Of a stretch of DNA of 34,458 bases, positions 12,671 to 24,720 are shown in pieces; position 1 is the stretch's first letter, and every line of letters begins with the position of its first letter. The position numbers and the translations under genes were made by a program. Under the pieces are notes generated by a model. The model made no database searches and was not told the origin of the DNA. It saw only the letters and a list, made by a program, of their open reading frames with translations. The stretch comes from Perkinsus olseni (lineage: Eukaryota): positions 1-34,458 of the forward strand of contig JABANN010000373.1 of NCBI GenBank assembly GCA_013115125.1. Direction: 5' to 3'.

Positions 12671-13237
12671 GTGAGATACTATCAACACAATGGCAAAGGC
12701 AAAAAAGGTCACAGAAAAATGCTACTGCACGACAAGCCACTGCTCAGTAAGTATAGTCGTAATATCGTCACTGCGGTTGTCCCCATCGCCATAACCAAGG
12801 GCGCCGACAAAAATGGGAAACCGCTCACTACCACACTTACGAGAGTACCAGGGAAACCACACGATGTCTATATCGCGGATTTCGCCAAAAACAATACCAC
12901 AATGTTACCAAATCTTGCGAGCCCTCAACAGGCTCCATGCAACTCTAAAAAACACTTCTGCCAAACAGAAGAATCCCGCGGCTTCTTCCAAATCGTAGTT
13001 CTCGCTTTCTCCAATCTAAGCCTCGCCCCTTCCAGCCGCGACAACGCCTGCTGCCAATGCATACTCACCGTTCAGATGCGGGCGCCATACTGGCTTTGTT
13101 CTGAGCATAAAAATAACCCCGATAGATTCACAATAAGGACGTTCAAATACGACGCAAGTACCGAAGCAGATTCGAAAAATAACCTCAACGTTAATGTATT
13201 CATTACGTATTCAGAATCTAGAGATGAGACATCATAA
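12671..13237 (+). CDS. Hypothetical protein or exon (188-aa ORF, start uncertain)
   Basis: Long ORF with protein-like composition in a more AT-rich stretch. No recognisable family, and the ORF begins at GTG. Confidence 0.4.
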   Translation: MRYYQHNGKGKKGHRKMLLHDKPLLSKYSRNIVTAVVPIAITKGADKNGKPLTTTLTRVPGKPHDVYIADFAKNNTTMLPNLASPQQAPCNSKKHFCQTEESRGFFQIVVLAFSNLSLAPSSRDNACCQCILTVQMRAPYWLCSEHKNNPDRFTIRTFKYDASTEADSKNNLNVNVFITYSESRDETS

Positions 13238-13725
13238 CCGATATCGTCCGAGAGCCTATCTGGAAATTTTATCAGTAGAAATACAACGAAACCACGACGC
13301 ACCAACATAACGTGCCGAAGGTGCGAATATTACTCCCATGCAAAGATACGCCGTAGATAACTTCCGTCAAAAAACTGATCCGACAACCCTAGATATACCA
13401 TGATCTCTGACATTCTCGGATGCAGAATATATTCTAGCGACGATATCTTCTACAACGCAACCGCCCCCTCGATTTTCACTCGATTTTCGAGCTTCGGTCG
13501 GACGGAGATTCCACAAATAATAGTGTGTGAATGGGGCATATCAAATCTCTCAGAGCTCGCATTTACTATATCGAAACCCAAACTACTATGAACAGCAAGC
13601 AAACGAAAGTGCACGTAGAGAGAAAAGCAACTGGCGAGATTCTGAGCGTCACTGTATGACGGAGCGGGGGCACGAGTCTCTATCGCCTTCAATTTTCTAC
13701 TACTTGACGTCCCCTCCCAGGTCTA

Positions 13726-13965
13726 CTACCTCACAAAGACTATTCCCACTACCACTGACATGATAATCCAGGCCAAGACGAGACGCCCAGCCGGCAGAAC
13801 GATCTCGTGCATCATCGCAGATGACTTCAGAGACGTGTCCTCAGCGTTGGTAGCTCGGAAGGGACGATCGGACTCGACCTCGGCCGAGGAAGATATCATC
13901 ACGCATGCCAGGACCAGCAGGGACGCGAAGAGGAGAGTCAGCGCTCTGTAGGCTGACGATAACAT
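13726..13965 (-). CDS. Small putative membrane protein (signal peptide plus C-terminal hydrophobic helix)
   Basis: ATG start, hydrophobic N-terminus ALTLLFASLLVLACVMISSSA, and second hydrophobic segment LVLAWIIMSVVVGIVFV. It may splice to further exons. Confidence 0.5.
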   Translation of the reverse strand: MLSSAYRALTLLFASLLVLACVMISSSAEVESDRPFRATNAEDTSLKSSAMMHEIVLPAGRLVLAWIIMSVVVGIVFVR

Positions 13966-14654
13966 TATTGGGTAAAATACTTGAGAACCAACAATGCCAA
14001 ATAACCGCCGCTAGCTCGCATCATAACTCACTTCAAGAGTCTGAGAGTCATACTACGACCCCCGGTTGAATGGAGTAATTGATTTTTACACGTTTAATGG
14101 GGTTCCAGGGTCGATTCTTATTTTCAGAATTGGTTTAGGAAACGACCCTTGAGTGTTGAGAGTAAGGCCTATCATGCCCACTGCGGAACACTCACGTAAG
14201 TGCGCTGCATCAACAACCTGCACACGAACTCGTTGCAAACCGCAAGCGCCTTCTTTCACCAACTAAGTCCGCTGGCTTTTTTTTCGGCGGCATGTTACGC
14301 ATTTTTTATTTGACTCCCTACCGAAGCCAATAACAAATCATTGACATTTCGCTCGCCCCAATCATGCTGCGGCGCACGCCTAGAGGAGACAATGGACGGG
14401 CAGGAAATGCGCAAGTGCTCGGCTAATTTCTTTGATGGACTTCCCTGCTGTTTGGCGCACGTTCTGAGCACATCGCGTGATTAGTGCTATCAGATTGGCC
14501 GCGCTCATTTCGCCGCGTTATATTGCCTCGTCAATGTCTTGTGAGTAGCCTTGCAAGGTTCTCGGGTTATGAAATTAGCCCAAATTCAAATCCCGTGCAT
14601 CAGAAGCTTTTCCGGAATTTCCGGCTAACCACGAAGTTCATCGTGGCTGCTGTC

Positions 14655-15322
14655 ATGCCCCTCTTCGTGAGGGCGATCGAGATGGATATTTTCTGCCGCA
14701 AGATGAACGAATTTGAGTGCTTCATCGAGCTAGACGGCACACCCAACTATGCAGTAGCGGCCCACAAAGGGACTGTGGGCTTCTCCTCGAGGTCGTGTGA
14801 CGTGAAGAAAGAAGGTCCCAAGAGGAAGAGGGATGCCTTTACGACGGCCATGGCCGCCGGTCTTGAAATGGGATGCCCGTTCAGGCTCCTAATTCAGTCG
14901 CCCATGAGCAGCGAGTACGCTTTTGTTGGTGACAACTTACGCATTGTCGACCAGCTTGATGGCGTGTATAACAAGTTCGCTAAGCTCAGTAGCCAGCAAG
15001 TTAACGTTATCGCAAAGGAAGTGGCGGGCCTGACGTTCGTGTCGGCCGAGCCCCACAGATTCATCCAAATCACTAAAGAAGGGAGAATCTTGGAGGCTGG
15101 CGGGGAGAGACGTCGCTGGAAGTGGACATCCAGGACATCCAGCACACGGAAGTTCTACTTGAAGGCAGATGACGACAAGACGGTGGCCTTCATCATCCCC
15201 TACTACTTGGTTATGGTCGAGAAACTCAACGTTATTCTTCTGAGATGGTGAGTTGCGATAAAACGAGTATTCAACGCACTTGCCGTTGGTTTAGGACGCC
15301 TGAGCAAGGCCAAGACGAGTAG
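14655..15322 (+). CDS. Lineage-specific hypothetical protein (~205 aa, two exons)
   Basis: ORF 14484-15251 with first in-frame ATG at 14655 (MPLFVRAIEMDIFCRK). A 47-nt GTGAGT...TTAG intron (15248-15294) gives the C-terminus WTPEQGQDE*. Confidence 0.7.
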
Positions 15323-16241
15323 GTCTGATCACTCTGGTGGTCTCAATAGCGTTGAAGCACTCTAATCTCAGGTACTTCCAGGCCCCTGTGCAAACGCCTG
15401 CGCCAGCGTAGGTGGGGCGGTAGCGTGGCGATTCGACAGTGTTGAAATACTATCAGAGAATTGTAATGGCCGACAGTCTATGTATATCATAGTGGACGCC
15501 ATTTTCCTCCCTTGTGCTGGAGGGTGTACTGCCTTGTTAGTGAATGGTTTTCAGGGACGCAGAAATGCACCCGAGGACGGGGGCTTCTGCTCCTCCGATG
15601 CAGGATTAACAGCAGAGAGCAGTCGGCAGGGTCTTCTCTGGATGGACAAACGCACTTTGACGTGCTTGTATTTCTCTTTAGTGTAAAGGAGGTTATGGGA
15701 GGACATGTGACAGATGTTGATGTTCACTAGTGAATTGGGTTGCGTTGTTCCCAGTGTCACTTGGTGAATTATCATCAGGCATGTTCGTCACAGGAGAGTA
15801 TCCCCCTTAAAACACAAACCATTGTCGGCAGCAGCTCGTCGAAGCGGCGGCTATGGATTGGAAGGGCATTGCGCGATTTGACAGTGTTGGATACTGCACC
15901 GTGTATTGGCCTTCTATATTTCACGCGCACTGGAACGTGCGCTGCCGCAAAGTAACTTCGCTCGAGCTCGCGTACTGGACTGCTGTTCAGTTTGTAGAAA
16001 GTGGAGCATCGATTGAATCAACCATTAGCATTTATCGTGCGTTCGAGACCCAAGCCCAGCCGCCGACTGCTTCGCCTTTCTATGTCGTCTATGAGCTAGG
16101 CGTAGTGGGTGAGAGCTGCTGGCCTTCTGCGTTCGGCTGGAGCCCATTGGGTGGGGGCCGTCGAGTGTAACAGCTGCCGCGTGGTTCCCGCCTCCCAGCG
16201 CTGAGCGCCCTTCTCGACATTCACCCACCCCCCTTTGGTCT

Positions 16242-19200
16242 ATGAAACTCCGTCGCTTTTTACTCCGCTACTACCCGCCGGGTATAATACTCGAATATCA
16301 ACGACGAAATGGGGATGTAAGGCTGTTCATACCGCGACCGCTGCGCTCCGAGGCACCGCTGCTAGGGCGTTGTTACAGTGAAAAATACCTATTATTCAAT
16401 AGAAATTTCAAGTCTTATTTCACTATCAGATTCTAGCTTAACCATTAGAGTAACAACGCAGCTTTCATTATCTCGAATTCTTTGGCCATAGGGTGGCGGA
16501 GTGGTCTTCGGATCCGCTGCGGATTCACAGCGAGCTCTAGAATGGGCCTATGGACTACGCCGACTGAGCCCTCTTTCCATCCTTCTTTCTCAAGTACGCA
16601 AGGAACGCAAGCGGCGTGTCCTCAGAGTAGTCTTCATGCGCTTTACTACAATGATCACAATGTTTGTGCAGCGGTGAAGTATCCCCTCTGTGATAGTAGC
16701 ATCCTGACGTGGTCGACGGCAACTCACTGGTTTAAAACCAGTGGTTTTCCTGCCCGGGTCGCGTCATCAAATTCTGAACCTATACTGGCGTCGCCGACAA
16801 CCTTGTCACCATACGGAGCACTTGCAGATGCTATTCGTTGCAGCGTGATTTGTATTTTCATGTTCGGTCTTCAGATAGAGACGAAGTCTGTCGATCTCTT
16901 GACGCTGAGCCCAGAGTCCGATGTTGACGTGCTGGTTGATCAAATCATTCTCGAAGAACCTCTCCTGTCTGACAGCAAGAAAGTAGAACCCTCTCCGAAT
17001 GGTACTTTTGAAGTATCATTCGGCAGCTGTCTAATTATTCTCGTGCTATCATATTGGTCAGCCTGTTTCGGTGTTTAGAGGCCCTTGAAGGCTCTCAAGG
17101 GTATTGAAATCGGATACACGTCGGAGAGACATGCTGTCATTCCCGAACTCTTTCAGGGTGTGGTTCGGAAGATGATTTATAAACTGATGGACAAATTAGA
17201 CGGTCACAACAGATCTCGGAAGTTCTACTTGTATAAGATTCTACGGTAAGAGGAGTAATCCCGGGCCTGCTGCCACTTGGTATCAGGGCGCACATCCTGC
17301 CACTGACGAACTGCGCGTTCAACAAGTCCGGATCAAAGTTCATCACAGGGAGCTACGACCGTGAGTTTCATGCTGCCGTTTGAGGCCGTGTGCTTCTAAG
17401 TAACGGAGGTGGCATTCACGCGCTGCTCCATTGGTTCATCGGCATTACGTACAGTAGACATGGACCCACTCGGGCGGGGATACTATCATCTCCGTTACTT
17501 GCAAAACAAGGCTTAGCAACAATCTCTCGAGAACTTACAGTCGCCCGCAGGAAAGCTTTGCGGGTTCGGTGCCTGGATTTAGTCGCTTGGAGATTCTGGA
17601 ATGAGTTGAAATTTGAGCAAAACACTGTAGTCGAGACGCTGACAACATCGCCCGCCGAATTCTGTCTATTCTCACTGACAGCGGATTTAAGGCTCGAGAG
17701 TGTCGTTCTGCAGGCACCTGTCGAGTATGGGATAGTATGACGGGCGATGAGCTCGTGAGTTTGGGTATGGACCGACCCGGGTTCGAACCCGCCCGCTGGA
17801 ATCTTCTCCTCTGTCAGAGGGGCACCGGAACGTCGTCTACGCCTTGGCCTTCAATAATCCTTTCGGCGACAAAATCCTCACTGGCAGTTTCGATAAAACT
17901 GCGCGGATTTGGGATGCTCAGAGTGGTAGGTGGGCAGGAGCTCCGTGCACATCTCAGGGAGAATAACAATGGTGAACTGTTGGTAGTTGTCTCTTCATAT
18001 CAGTACAGGCTCCAGGCTAGATTCTTTTCGAAGAAGCTAGCCTCAGTGACAAGCTGTTGACCGTGGTACTTCTCGTTGAGGATCCCGTTACTGCGTGAAA
18101 TATCTGTCGTTTATCATGGTTCAGCATGCTTCTTAATTCGCCGCGTTTGATATGGAAATGAATTCTGGTCGAAGAGGCGTACTCGCCTAGCGTTGTCGTT
18201 AATGCGAATTTGAGTTTTGTTGCTTATCTCCTCGAGGTAGGGTTATGAAGGCCTGTGAGGAAAGAGCTGCTTGCATGTTTATTGAACTCCTCAGGCCAGT
18301 GTCTCCACGTTCTTGTTGGCCATACTACCGAGATCGTCTGCGTAGCTTTCAGCCCTCGAGGTGAGTATTCTTGAATCTTGCGTATGTCGACATGCTCGGT
18401 CTGTTCAGGCACTGTAGCGGCTACGGGAAGTATGGACAGGACAGCGAAGCTGTGGTCCGTGGACACAGGCAAGTTGGCTACTGCTCTGCAGCAACGCCCT
18501 CGCTTGTCGTATCCCTTTTGAGGAGTATCATAAATATAGTGAAGATTGCTTAAAGCATGAACTGATAGTTTAATAAAGGGCGCCGGAGACCTTGTGGCTC
18601 GTTGCCCAATGAAAGGCGAGACGACAGTATTTGGCGGTCCTTGAGAGACAGCAAGTTTCGAGGCTGTGAAGTTCGCAGATTTGAGGCTGCCAACCACTTT
18701 CGGATCTTTTTCGAACCACCATCTTCGAATCCTTGCGAAGATAGTGAATATCCTTCGCACAGTGTGTGCAGTATACTGTACTGGGCCCTTCCTGCGTTCC
18801 TCAGGAGCGATTATTGCGACACTCGAGGGTCATACGGCGGAGATTGTGAGCTTGGCCTTCAACACCGAAGGGACGAGGATGCTCACAGGTGAGCGGCGCT
18901 ACTATCGTTGGCAATTGGGACGACCTGTAGGGTAAGCTCGCGTGAGAGTAGAGCACTTCGGGGTTCGGTCCCGAACACAGATGATAGAGGATCCGTTTGA
19001 CGTCGGGACCGCGCGTGAGTATCTTTCTCAGGGTCATTTGACAACACTGCGAGGCTGTGGGATGTAGCCAGCGGAAGGTGCTTGCATGTAGATGTCTTAC
19101 TGGCCCTATCCCACATTCACATGTCCTGTGGAAGTAGGTCCTAGCGAGCCACAGCGGAGAAGTTGCGGCAGCGCAATTCGACTTCACGGGAGAGCTTATC

Positions 19201-20105
19201 GTGACTGGAAGTATCGACAGAACGTACGATGGAATTTTGACGTCAATCAGCGGCGCTATTTTGACCTGACAGATGCAAGTTGTGGGATGCCAACACTGGG
19301 CAGTTGTTGGACACCTTGAAGGGCCATCAGGATGAGGTTGGAGCTGTCGTCTTCGTTCGCAGGTCTCATAACTCTGCCCAGGTGCTCGACGTTGTTTTCA
19401 ATTCGACCGGATCGAGGATCGCCACCGCCTCCGCAGATGGGACAGGGAGAGTGTGAGAGCCGTTTCGGTGTGCCTCTGTGTGTCGCCGCTGTGCACTGTG
19501 ATGGTGGTGCAAATAGCGGTTTCGCTTCGTGTGCTGGGTCAAGATTGCCGGACGTCTAGTGGGGCAGAGTAAGGGAATGATTGCAGTTACGATATCGAGA
19601 AGGGAAGATGTGTGGCTACCTTGATAGGCCACGAAAACGAAATCTCAAAGGTAGCTGGGCCTCGAAAGAAGTGTATCAACGATGGGAAAGAGCGAGACAG
19701 CGTCCAAGCCATAGTTGTAGGTCCAGTTCAGTCCAACTGGCTGCAGAGTTCTGACAGCTGCTAGTGATCACACGTGCAGAGTATGGGACTCTAATACCGG
19801 GGAATGCTTGCAGGTGATCATCCAACTGGGCAGCGCTGGCGGCGGCTTGAACAGTGCAAGTTGAACTGTGTTTCAGGTGCTTGAGGGACACACTGACGAG
19901 GTCTTCAGTTGTGCATTCAATTATGAAGGTCCCTGGCGAATACCCGTCAAAGTGTTTATGGCTGTTCTCAGGTGACACTATCATTACCGGCAGCAAGGAC
20001 AATACGTGTCGCATATGGAAGGATAATTGCTTCACTGATACGACGCGTGAGGAGGCGCTCGAAAGTCGGTCTACTGGGAATTGGGATCCTCATGGATCTA
20101 CGTAG
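16242..20105 (+). CDS. DAW1: Dynein assembly factor with WD repeats 1 (DAW1 / WDR69 / ODA16), multi-exon
   Basis: N-terminus [19 protein letters not shown], then [85 protein letters not shown], further WD40 repeats, and [34 protein letters not shown]. Exon phases join cleanly. Confidence 0.96.
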
Positions 20106-20569
20106 GTCACGACCCTGCCCCCCAAGTGAAGTCCTCCGCGACTAGTGAAGGTGAAGAATAGAGGGTGTCACTGGCCTGAGAGTGTATCCCAACATGAGCT
20201 GCTTCTCGCCAGAACGTGATTGCGTAGAGTTCGGTCGGAAGAGAGCTTGATCGTGTATTGGACGCTCGAGAGCACTGCGGCAATGCAACACGTACAGATG
20301 AGAGCAATGCTGCAATTCGCGTAGATAGGCTATCTGAGAAAGCTGAGCGAGAATTGTATAACTGCGCGCGACCATGACACTTACCTCCCAAAAGCAGATG
20401 AGCAAAGATGAGTGAGAAAGCGAATAACTAGGCGACTGGGAGACTTTGTCCAGGCACCAGCGGCGGCAGTCCCCCTGCGCGTTGCATCCTACCCGCTCGA
20501 CATCAGGCAAGGATCAGCTCCAGCTTCTCAACTACAGCATTACGCAGCAAATCTTGACATAGCTAACTA

Positions 20570-20642
20570 CGATCTCGGTGGGACTCGAACCCACAATCTT
20601 TGGTTCCGAAGACCAACGCCTTATCCATTAGGCCACGAGACC
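20570..20642 (-). tRNA. tRNA-Arg(TCG)
   Basis: Reverse complement GGTCTCGTGGCCTAATGGATAAGGCGTTGGTCTTCGGAACCAAAGATTGTGGGTTCGAGTCCCACCGAGATCG is a canonical cloverleaf with TCG anticodon. Confidence 0.95.
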
Positions 20643-20902
20643 ACAATCATAAACTTTTGCGTGTCCTCTACAGACGCTTTGTTCGGGTGAAAACAGGTCT
20701 TCGTGCTTGTAGCCTGAGTCGTTGACTCAGCAATGCGGGCCCAGCGTTCTCATGCATTCGATGGACTTTCAACAGCGACACCAAGAACTATTCTTTCTGA
20801 TCAGCATAGTACAAATGCGACTCACGCTGTAGCATGGAGCACTACCCTCACAAAGTTCACCAGTATCGATATTCCAGAGTAATAGATGATTTGTGTGCAT
20901 CA

Positions 20903-20982
20903 TAACAACTATGAAATTCGAACTCGCGCCCTTTCGGACTAGCGCCTAAAACTAGCGCCTTCGACCACTCAGCCAAACTGTC
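20903..20982 (-). pseudogene. tRNA-Leu(TAG), probably a pseudogene (disrupted T-stem)
   Basis: Reverse complement is GACAGTTTGGCTGAGTGGTCGAAGGCGCTAGTTTTAGGCGCTAGTCCGAAAGGGCGCGAGTTCGAATTTCATAGTTGTTA. The T-stem GCGAG/TTCAT is poorly paired. It is a paralog of 220-299. Confidence 0.78.
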
Positions 20983-21230
20983 GGTACTACGAGAGGGTTT
21001 AAAAGTAGGCTTGTCGCTGAACATAACGAGGAAAGCTCGGGGCTCGCCCCTTACGAGAGGCAATTTCCTTTCCTCGCAAGCTCGAAGTCAACTGAGGTGG
21101 TTCGCCTAAGCCGGAGTTGTGAAAAACTGGTGATTCCAGGATTCCTGCGGCTCAAGTACGTTTCGAGTGTTGGCTGAAAATACAGGAACGCCCTGCAATC
21201 CTTCTGTCTTGTCGGTCTTCCACATGAATG
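20983..21230. repeat. Upstream flank of the duplicated tRNA-Leu cassette
   Basis: 20983-21018 matches 300-335 (..TACGA.AG..T..AAAGTAGGCTT.TCGCTG) and 21121-21230 matches 1-112. Confidence 0.85.
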
Positions 21231-22960
21231 AAACCCCCCAGAAGCACCGCGAGGACCACGCCAGCGTCCTTCCCCTCCGAGGATAACCTTTTCTGTCCAC
21301 AAGCTCACGCTGCGCTAGAGGAGGATGACGAATCGGATTCCCCGCCGGGGAATAAGTACTTCAAGATCGCTCACGACGCGGATATGATGCAACTGTAAGC
21401 TTGCAATATTCCAATAGCTCAGCATCGGACTGTGCTTGGCGCTTCGCGTCTCAGGTAAGTTTCGTCAGCGAAACTTCGTCCTCGTTGACTCCCGAGAGTA
21501 TTAGAGACCTACTCCCGATCTCGAAACTCAAAACTTTACAATAATATCTCAAGTTTCGAGCAGCAGGTCAAAATCAAGACCTGCTGCAAAATCAGCCTGT
21601 CAAAATCAGGTCAGTATGCACACGAGAGGAGGGTGCCATGTTCTGAACCCAGCAGCAGGATCTAAGAAGCGTTATCATGTACAGTAACTCAGACAACTCT
21701 CTTGCCGCTATCGCCTATTTGTCAGGACATCACGTTATGGCCGTGACAATCCAGTCCACGGGTAGTCACTTTGTTCCTGCAGAGCATGCAAATGTTGTCG
21801 CGGGCAACTTGATGAAAACAAAATAAGGCGCCAGCTTGGATTGGAGGCGTTGTCATGGAACTGTCACCTTGCAGAGCCAAGGCGCGCTATTAAGAAGGCT
21901 GAGCCAGTGATGCGGGCCCATAGTTCGACTGCATTCGATTGACTATTCCATAGCGGAGTCAAATAAAATACTTTCGAGCTGGAATAATAGATATGTGGTT
22001 CATGAGGTGGCATGACGAGTATCGACGAGGGCAGGACTCCGAAAGACGAGAAGATTTTTTCCTGTTCAAGAGAAGAACTGCCATTAAGCGACGGGCGCAT
22101 CAGAAGAGGCTGTTTCGAGTATCTGTGTGATGACTCATCACTGATGAGCACTGCATCGAAGCGGATCGCGGAGAGAGGGAGATTTCAGCTCGACGGGGAA
22201 GTGTTCACAAGACCGTCGTTACTGAGAAACGAATGACGAAAACAGCCGGCGGAGACCGCCATCCTAGTTTCGCTGCTTGACGCAGTACCCACATCATACG
22301 CGGCCATGTGGGGCCGTGAGACGCGGAAGCATGCGTGCCTAACATCAACTAGCTGACTTGTGGGCAAGATCTCACAGTTTCAAAGTGAGACTGCAAAGAC
22401 GGGATTCTCATGTCAGCTGCAACGGTGAGTTGGAGTTCATTGATGGCGTGAGTGAGCACACATTTCAATTATCCATTCGCAGCCTGGCAAGATTCGCCAG
22501 CCACCGACTTACGAATGGCAGGCGATAAAGTCCGAAAAGGTAACTCTCCATGACAACTCTTTCGATACAGACGTTTATAGCATAAAACTATTCTACGCTG
22601 GTGAACGCTAGTCGGGTCATAAATTATGACTCATAATAATATAGATCTATTGCAAGCACAAGACGCAATGAACGACTCGTTCAGAACGAGACACCGCTCA
22701 AACAGCGGATATTAACAATTCGATCCATTTTGCACGAACAGAGGAAGACAGTCCCGAGGAAGCATGTTTAGGTGTATATACGAAAACTGCAATAATAAAT
22801 GCCGGTTAGCCACAAGCATTAGATGTTGATTACAACTCAAGACTCCCCGAGTTCCCTTGAAAATCACGCGAATCACATGCTACGCTAAGCTACAATGAAC
22901 TAGTTATGAATGAGTGATTTATCAGCTCAAAAAATGCTGGACGTTGTAATGATCAAAGCA

Positions 22961-24235
22961 TTAATAATCGCGAGTGCCAGCACCACACACACTCGGCGGG
23001 CAGGGCTGGTCGCCGCTGAAACAAGTAGGAGCGCTCAACCACCACTTGCAGTAGGACACCTCGTCCTCGGCAAGATCAGGGTTCTGCTTGACACAGTAGG
23101 TATCGCAGGTAGGGCTCTCAACAGCATGGGTATCGTCCGGAGTACAGATTGAAGGGTCGCAAGGCTGGTCACCACCGTGGCAGACGGGCACAGACAACCA
23201 CGATTTGCAGTACGATTTGCCGCTGTTCAAGCCAATGCAGTAATTGTCACAATAAGGCATGCCTTCATCGAGCTCATCATCTATACTATCGCCTTCAGCG
23301 ACAGGAGATGGAGTAGTGCTACCGTCTACAGAAGGTTGTGTAGTCGTCGTGGAAGGATTGGCCGCATCGGTGGTATCCGCGGTTCCCCCTGTGGTGGCCT
23401 CAGGCTCAACAGTAGTGGCTTCAGCCTGAGCAGTCTCAGTACTCATGACAGCATCCGGAGTTGTAGTGGCTGCAACGGGCTCCGCAGTAGTAGTGGCTGC
23501 AACGGGCTCCGCAGTAGTAGTGGCTGCAACGGGCTCCGCAGTAGTAGTGGCTGCAGCGGGCTCCGCAGTAGTAGAGGCTACAACGGGCTCCGCAGGAGAA
23601 GTCGCTGCAACGGGCTCCGCAGTAGTAGTCGCTACAACAGGCTCCACAGTAGTAGTGGCTACAACAGGCTCCGCAGTCGTAGTGGCTACAACAGGCTCCA
23701 CAGTAGTAGTGGCTACAACGGCCTCCGCAGTCGTAGTGGCTGCAACGGGATCCACAGTCGTAGTGGCTGCAACGACTTCCTCAGTCGTTGTAGCGGCGGC
23801 GACCTCCTCAGTCGTAGTAGCGGCGGCGACCTCCTCAGTCGTAGTGGCGGCGGCGACCTCCTCAGTCGTAGTAGCGGCGACCTCCTCAGTTGTAGTGGCG
23901 ATGTTGCCCCCCTCAGTGGTGGTGACTGTAGACGTTGACTGTGCAGTGGATCCTTCAAAGTTACCGCTGGTGGTGCTAACAAGTCCAGTCGTGGAGGTAG
24001 ACATGGGCATAACGGAAGGCGTGTTCATAGACGGCAATGCCACACTTGACCAGTTCTCACAGGCGCAGGGCATCATTGAAGGACCATCAAGAGACAAGCA
24101 GACGCCGTTCGGGTGATCACAGGTCGCACCGCTGTAACCAGTGAAGATTCGGCAAGCGAAGTCACCGAGAGAGCAGCCTTCACGCTGAGCGTACGAACCC
24201 ATGCCGAGAACTGCGAAGGTTAAAACGGCGAACAT
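22961..24235 (-). CDS. Secreted mucin-like protein with N-terminal Cys-rich domain, Thr-rich tandem repeats and two C-terminal Cys-rich modules
   Basis: Intronless ORF with signal-like MFAVLTFAVLGMGSYA, (E/P)VAATTTAE-type repeats, and duplicated module CDxYC...SYCKxWLSxPxCxxGDQPCxPSxC. Confidence 0.9.
   Translation of the reverse strand: MFAVLTFAVLGMGSYAQREGCSLGDFACRIFTGYSGATCDHPNGVCLSLDGPSMMPCACENWSSVALPSMNTPSVMPMSTSTTGLVSTTSGNFEGSTAQSTSTVTTTEGGNIATTTEEVAATTTEEVAAATTTEEVAAATTTEEVAAATTTEEVVAATTTVDPVAATTTAEAVVATTTVEPVVATTTAEPVVATTTVEPVVATTTAEPVAATSPAEPVVASTTAEPAAATTTAEPVAATTTAEPVAATTTAEPVAATTTPDAVMSTETAQAEATTVEPEATTGGTADTTDAANPSTTTTQPSVDGSTTPSPVAEGDSIDDELDEGMPYCDNYCIGLNSGKSYCKSWLSVPVCHGGDQPCDPSICTPDDTHAVESPTCDTYCVKQNPDLAEDEVSYCKWWLSAPTCFSGDQPCPPSVCGAGTRDY
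23460..23900 (-). repeat. Coding tandem repeat, mainly 27-bp (9-aa) units
   Basis: Repeated GGCTCCGCAGTAGTAGTGGCTGCAACG-type units, grading into ACCTCCTCAGTCGTAGTAGCGGCGGCG-type units. Confidence 0.92.
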
Positions 24236-24720
24236 GATCAAAAGCACTATAGAAAACTAAGAAACGCACCAAGGATGGAAGTATGAGTTGATGGTAACTG
24301 GCAAAGTTTCTTTAGAGCGTATGGTTCATCGTATGCTGCTCGCCTGCGGTGCGAATCCGAAACGGCCAGGAAGTATCTGGAACGGTTTGCGCAGAGCGTT
24401 TCAGATACGTGATCGGCACTCGTAATTTCCAGTGAGCAGGCCGAGATGTGCGGCATGCGGCTCAGCGACCCAGTCCTGCATCAATGGGCCACTTATGATG
24501 ATCTCTGCCTGTGTGGTGTGGCGTACTAGGCGAGTCCAACGCAACTTCCTTCACTCAAGGCCACGGCTGAAAGTCAAGTTCCGTGTGGTGTTTGTTTTCT
24601 TGGCAACGTCTGCGCCGCCACGCGGTCGCGCGTGAAATAATCACGGTTGAATGTTATTGACTGTAACACGACAAGCAAGAAAACTAGAGAGGAACTTAGA
24701 CAGGAAATCTACAGCAGTGG

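Noticed and set aside
17764..17817. B-box/T-arm-like CCGGGTTCGAACCCG in a short DAW1 intron
   Set aside because: No D-arm, anticodon arm or acceptor stem; the ~53-nt intron is too short to hold a tRNA.
21864..22367. Short ORFs between the tRNA cassette and the mucin gene
   Set aside because: No coherent exon chain or recognisable motif.
23460..23900. Regular repeat array as a possible CRISPR
   Set aside because: Units are contiguous coding repeats without unique spacers, in a eukaryotic gene with no cas genes.
23177..24116. Long plus-strand ORFs of 253 and 223 aa
   Set aside because: Antisense shadows of the stop-poor Thr-rich repeat gene.
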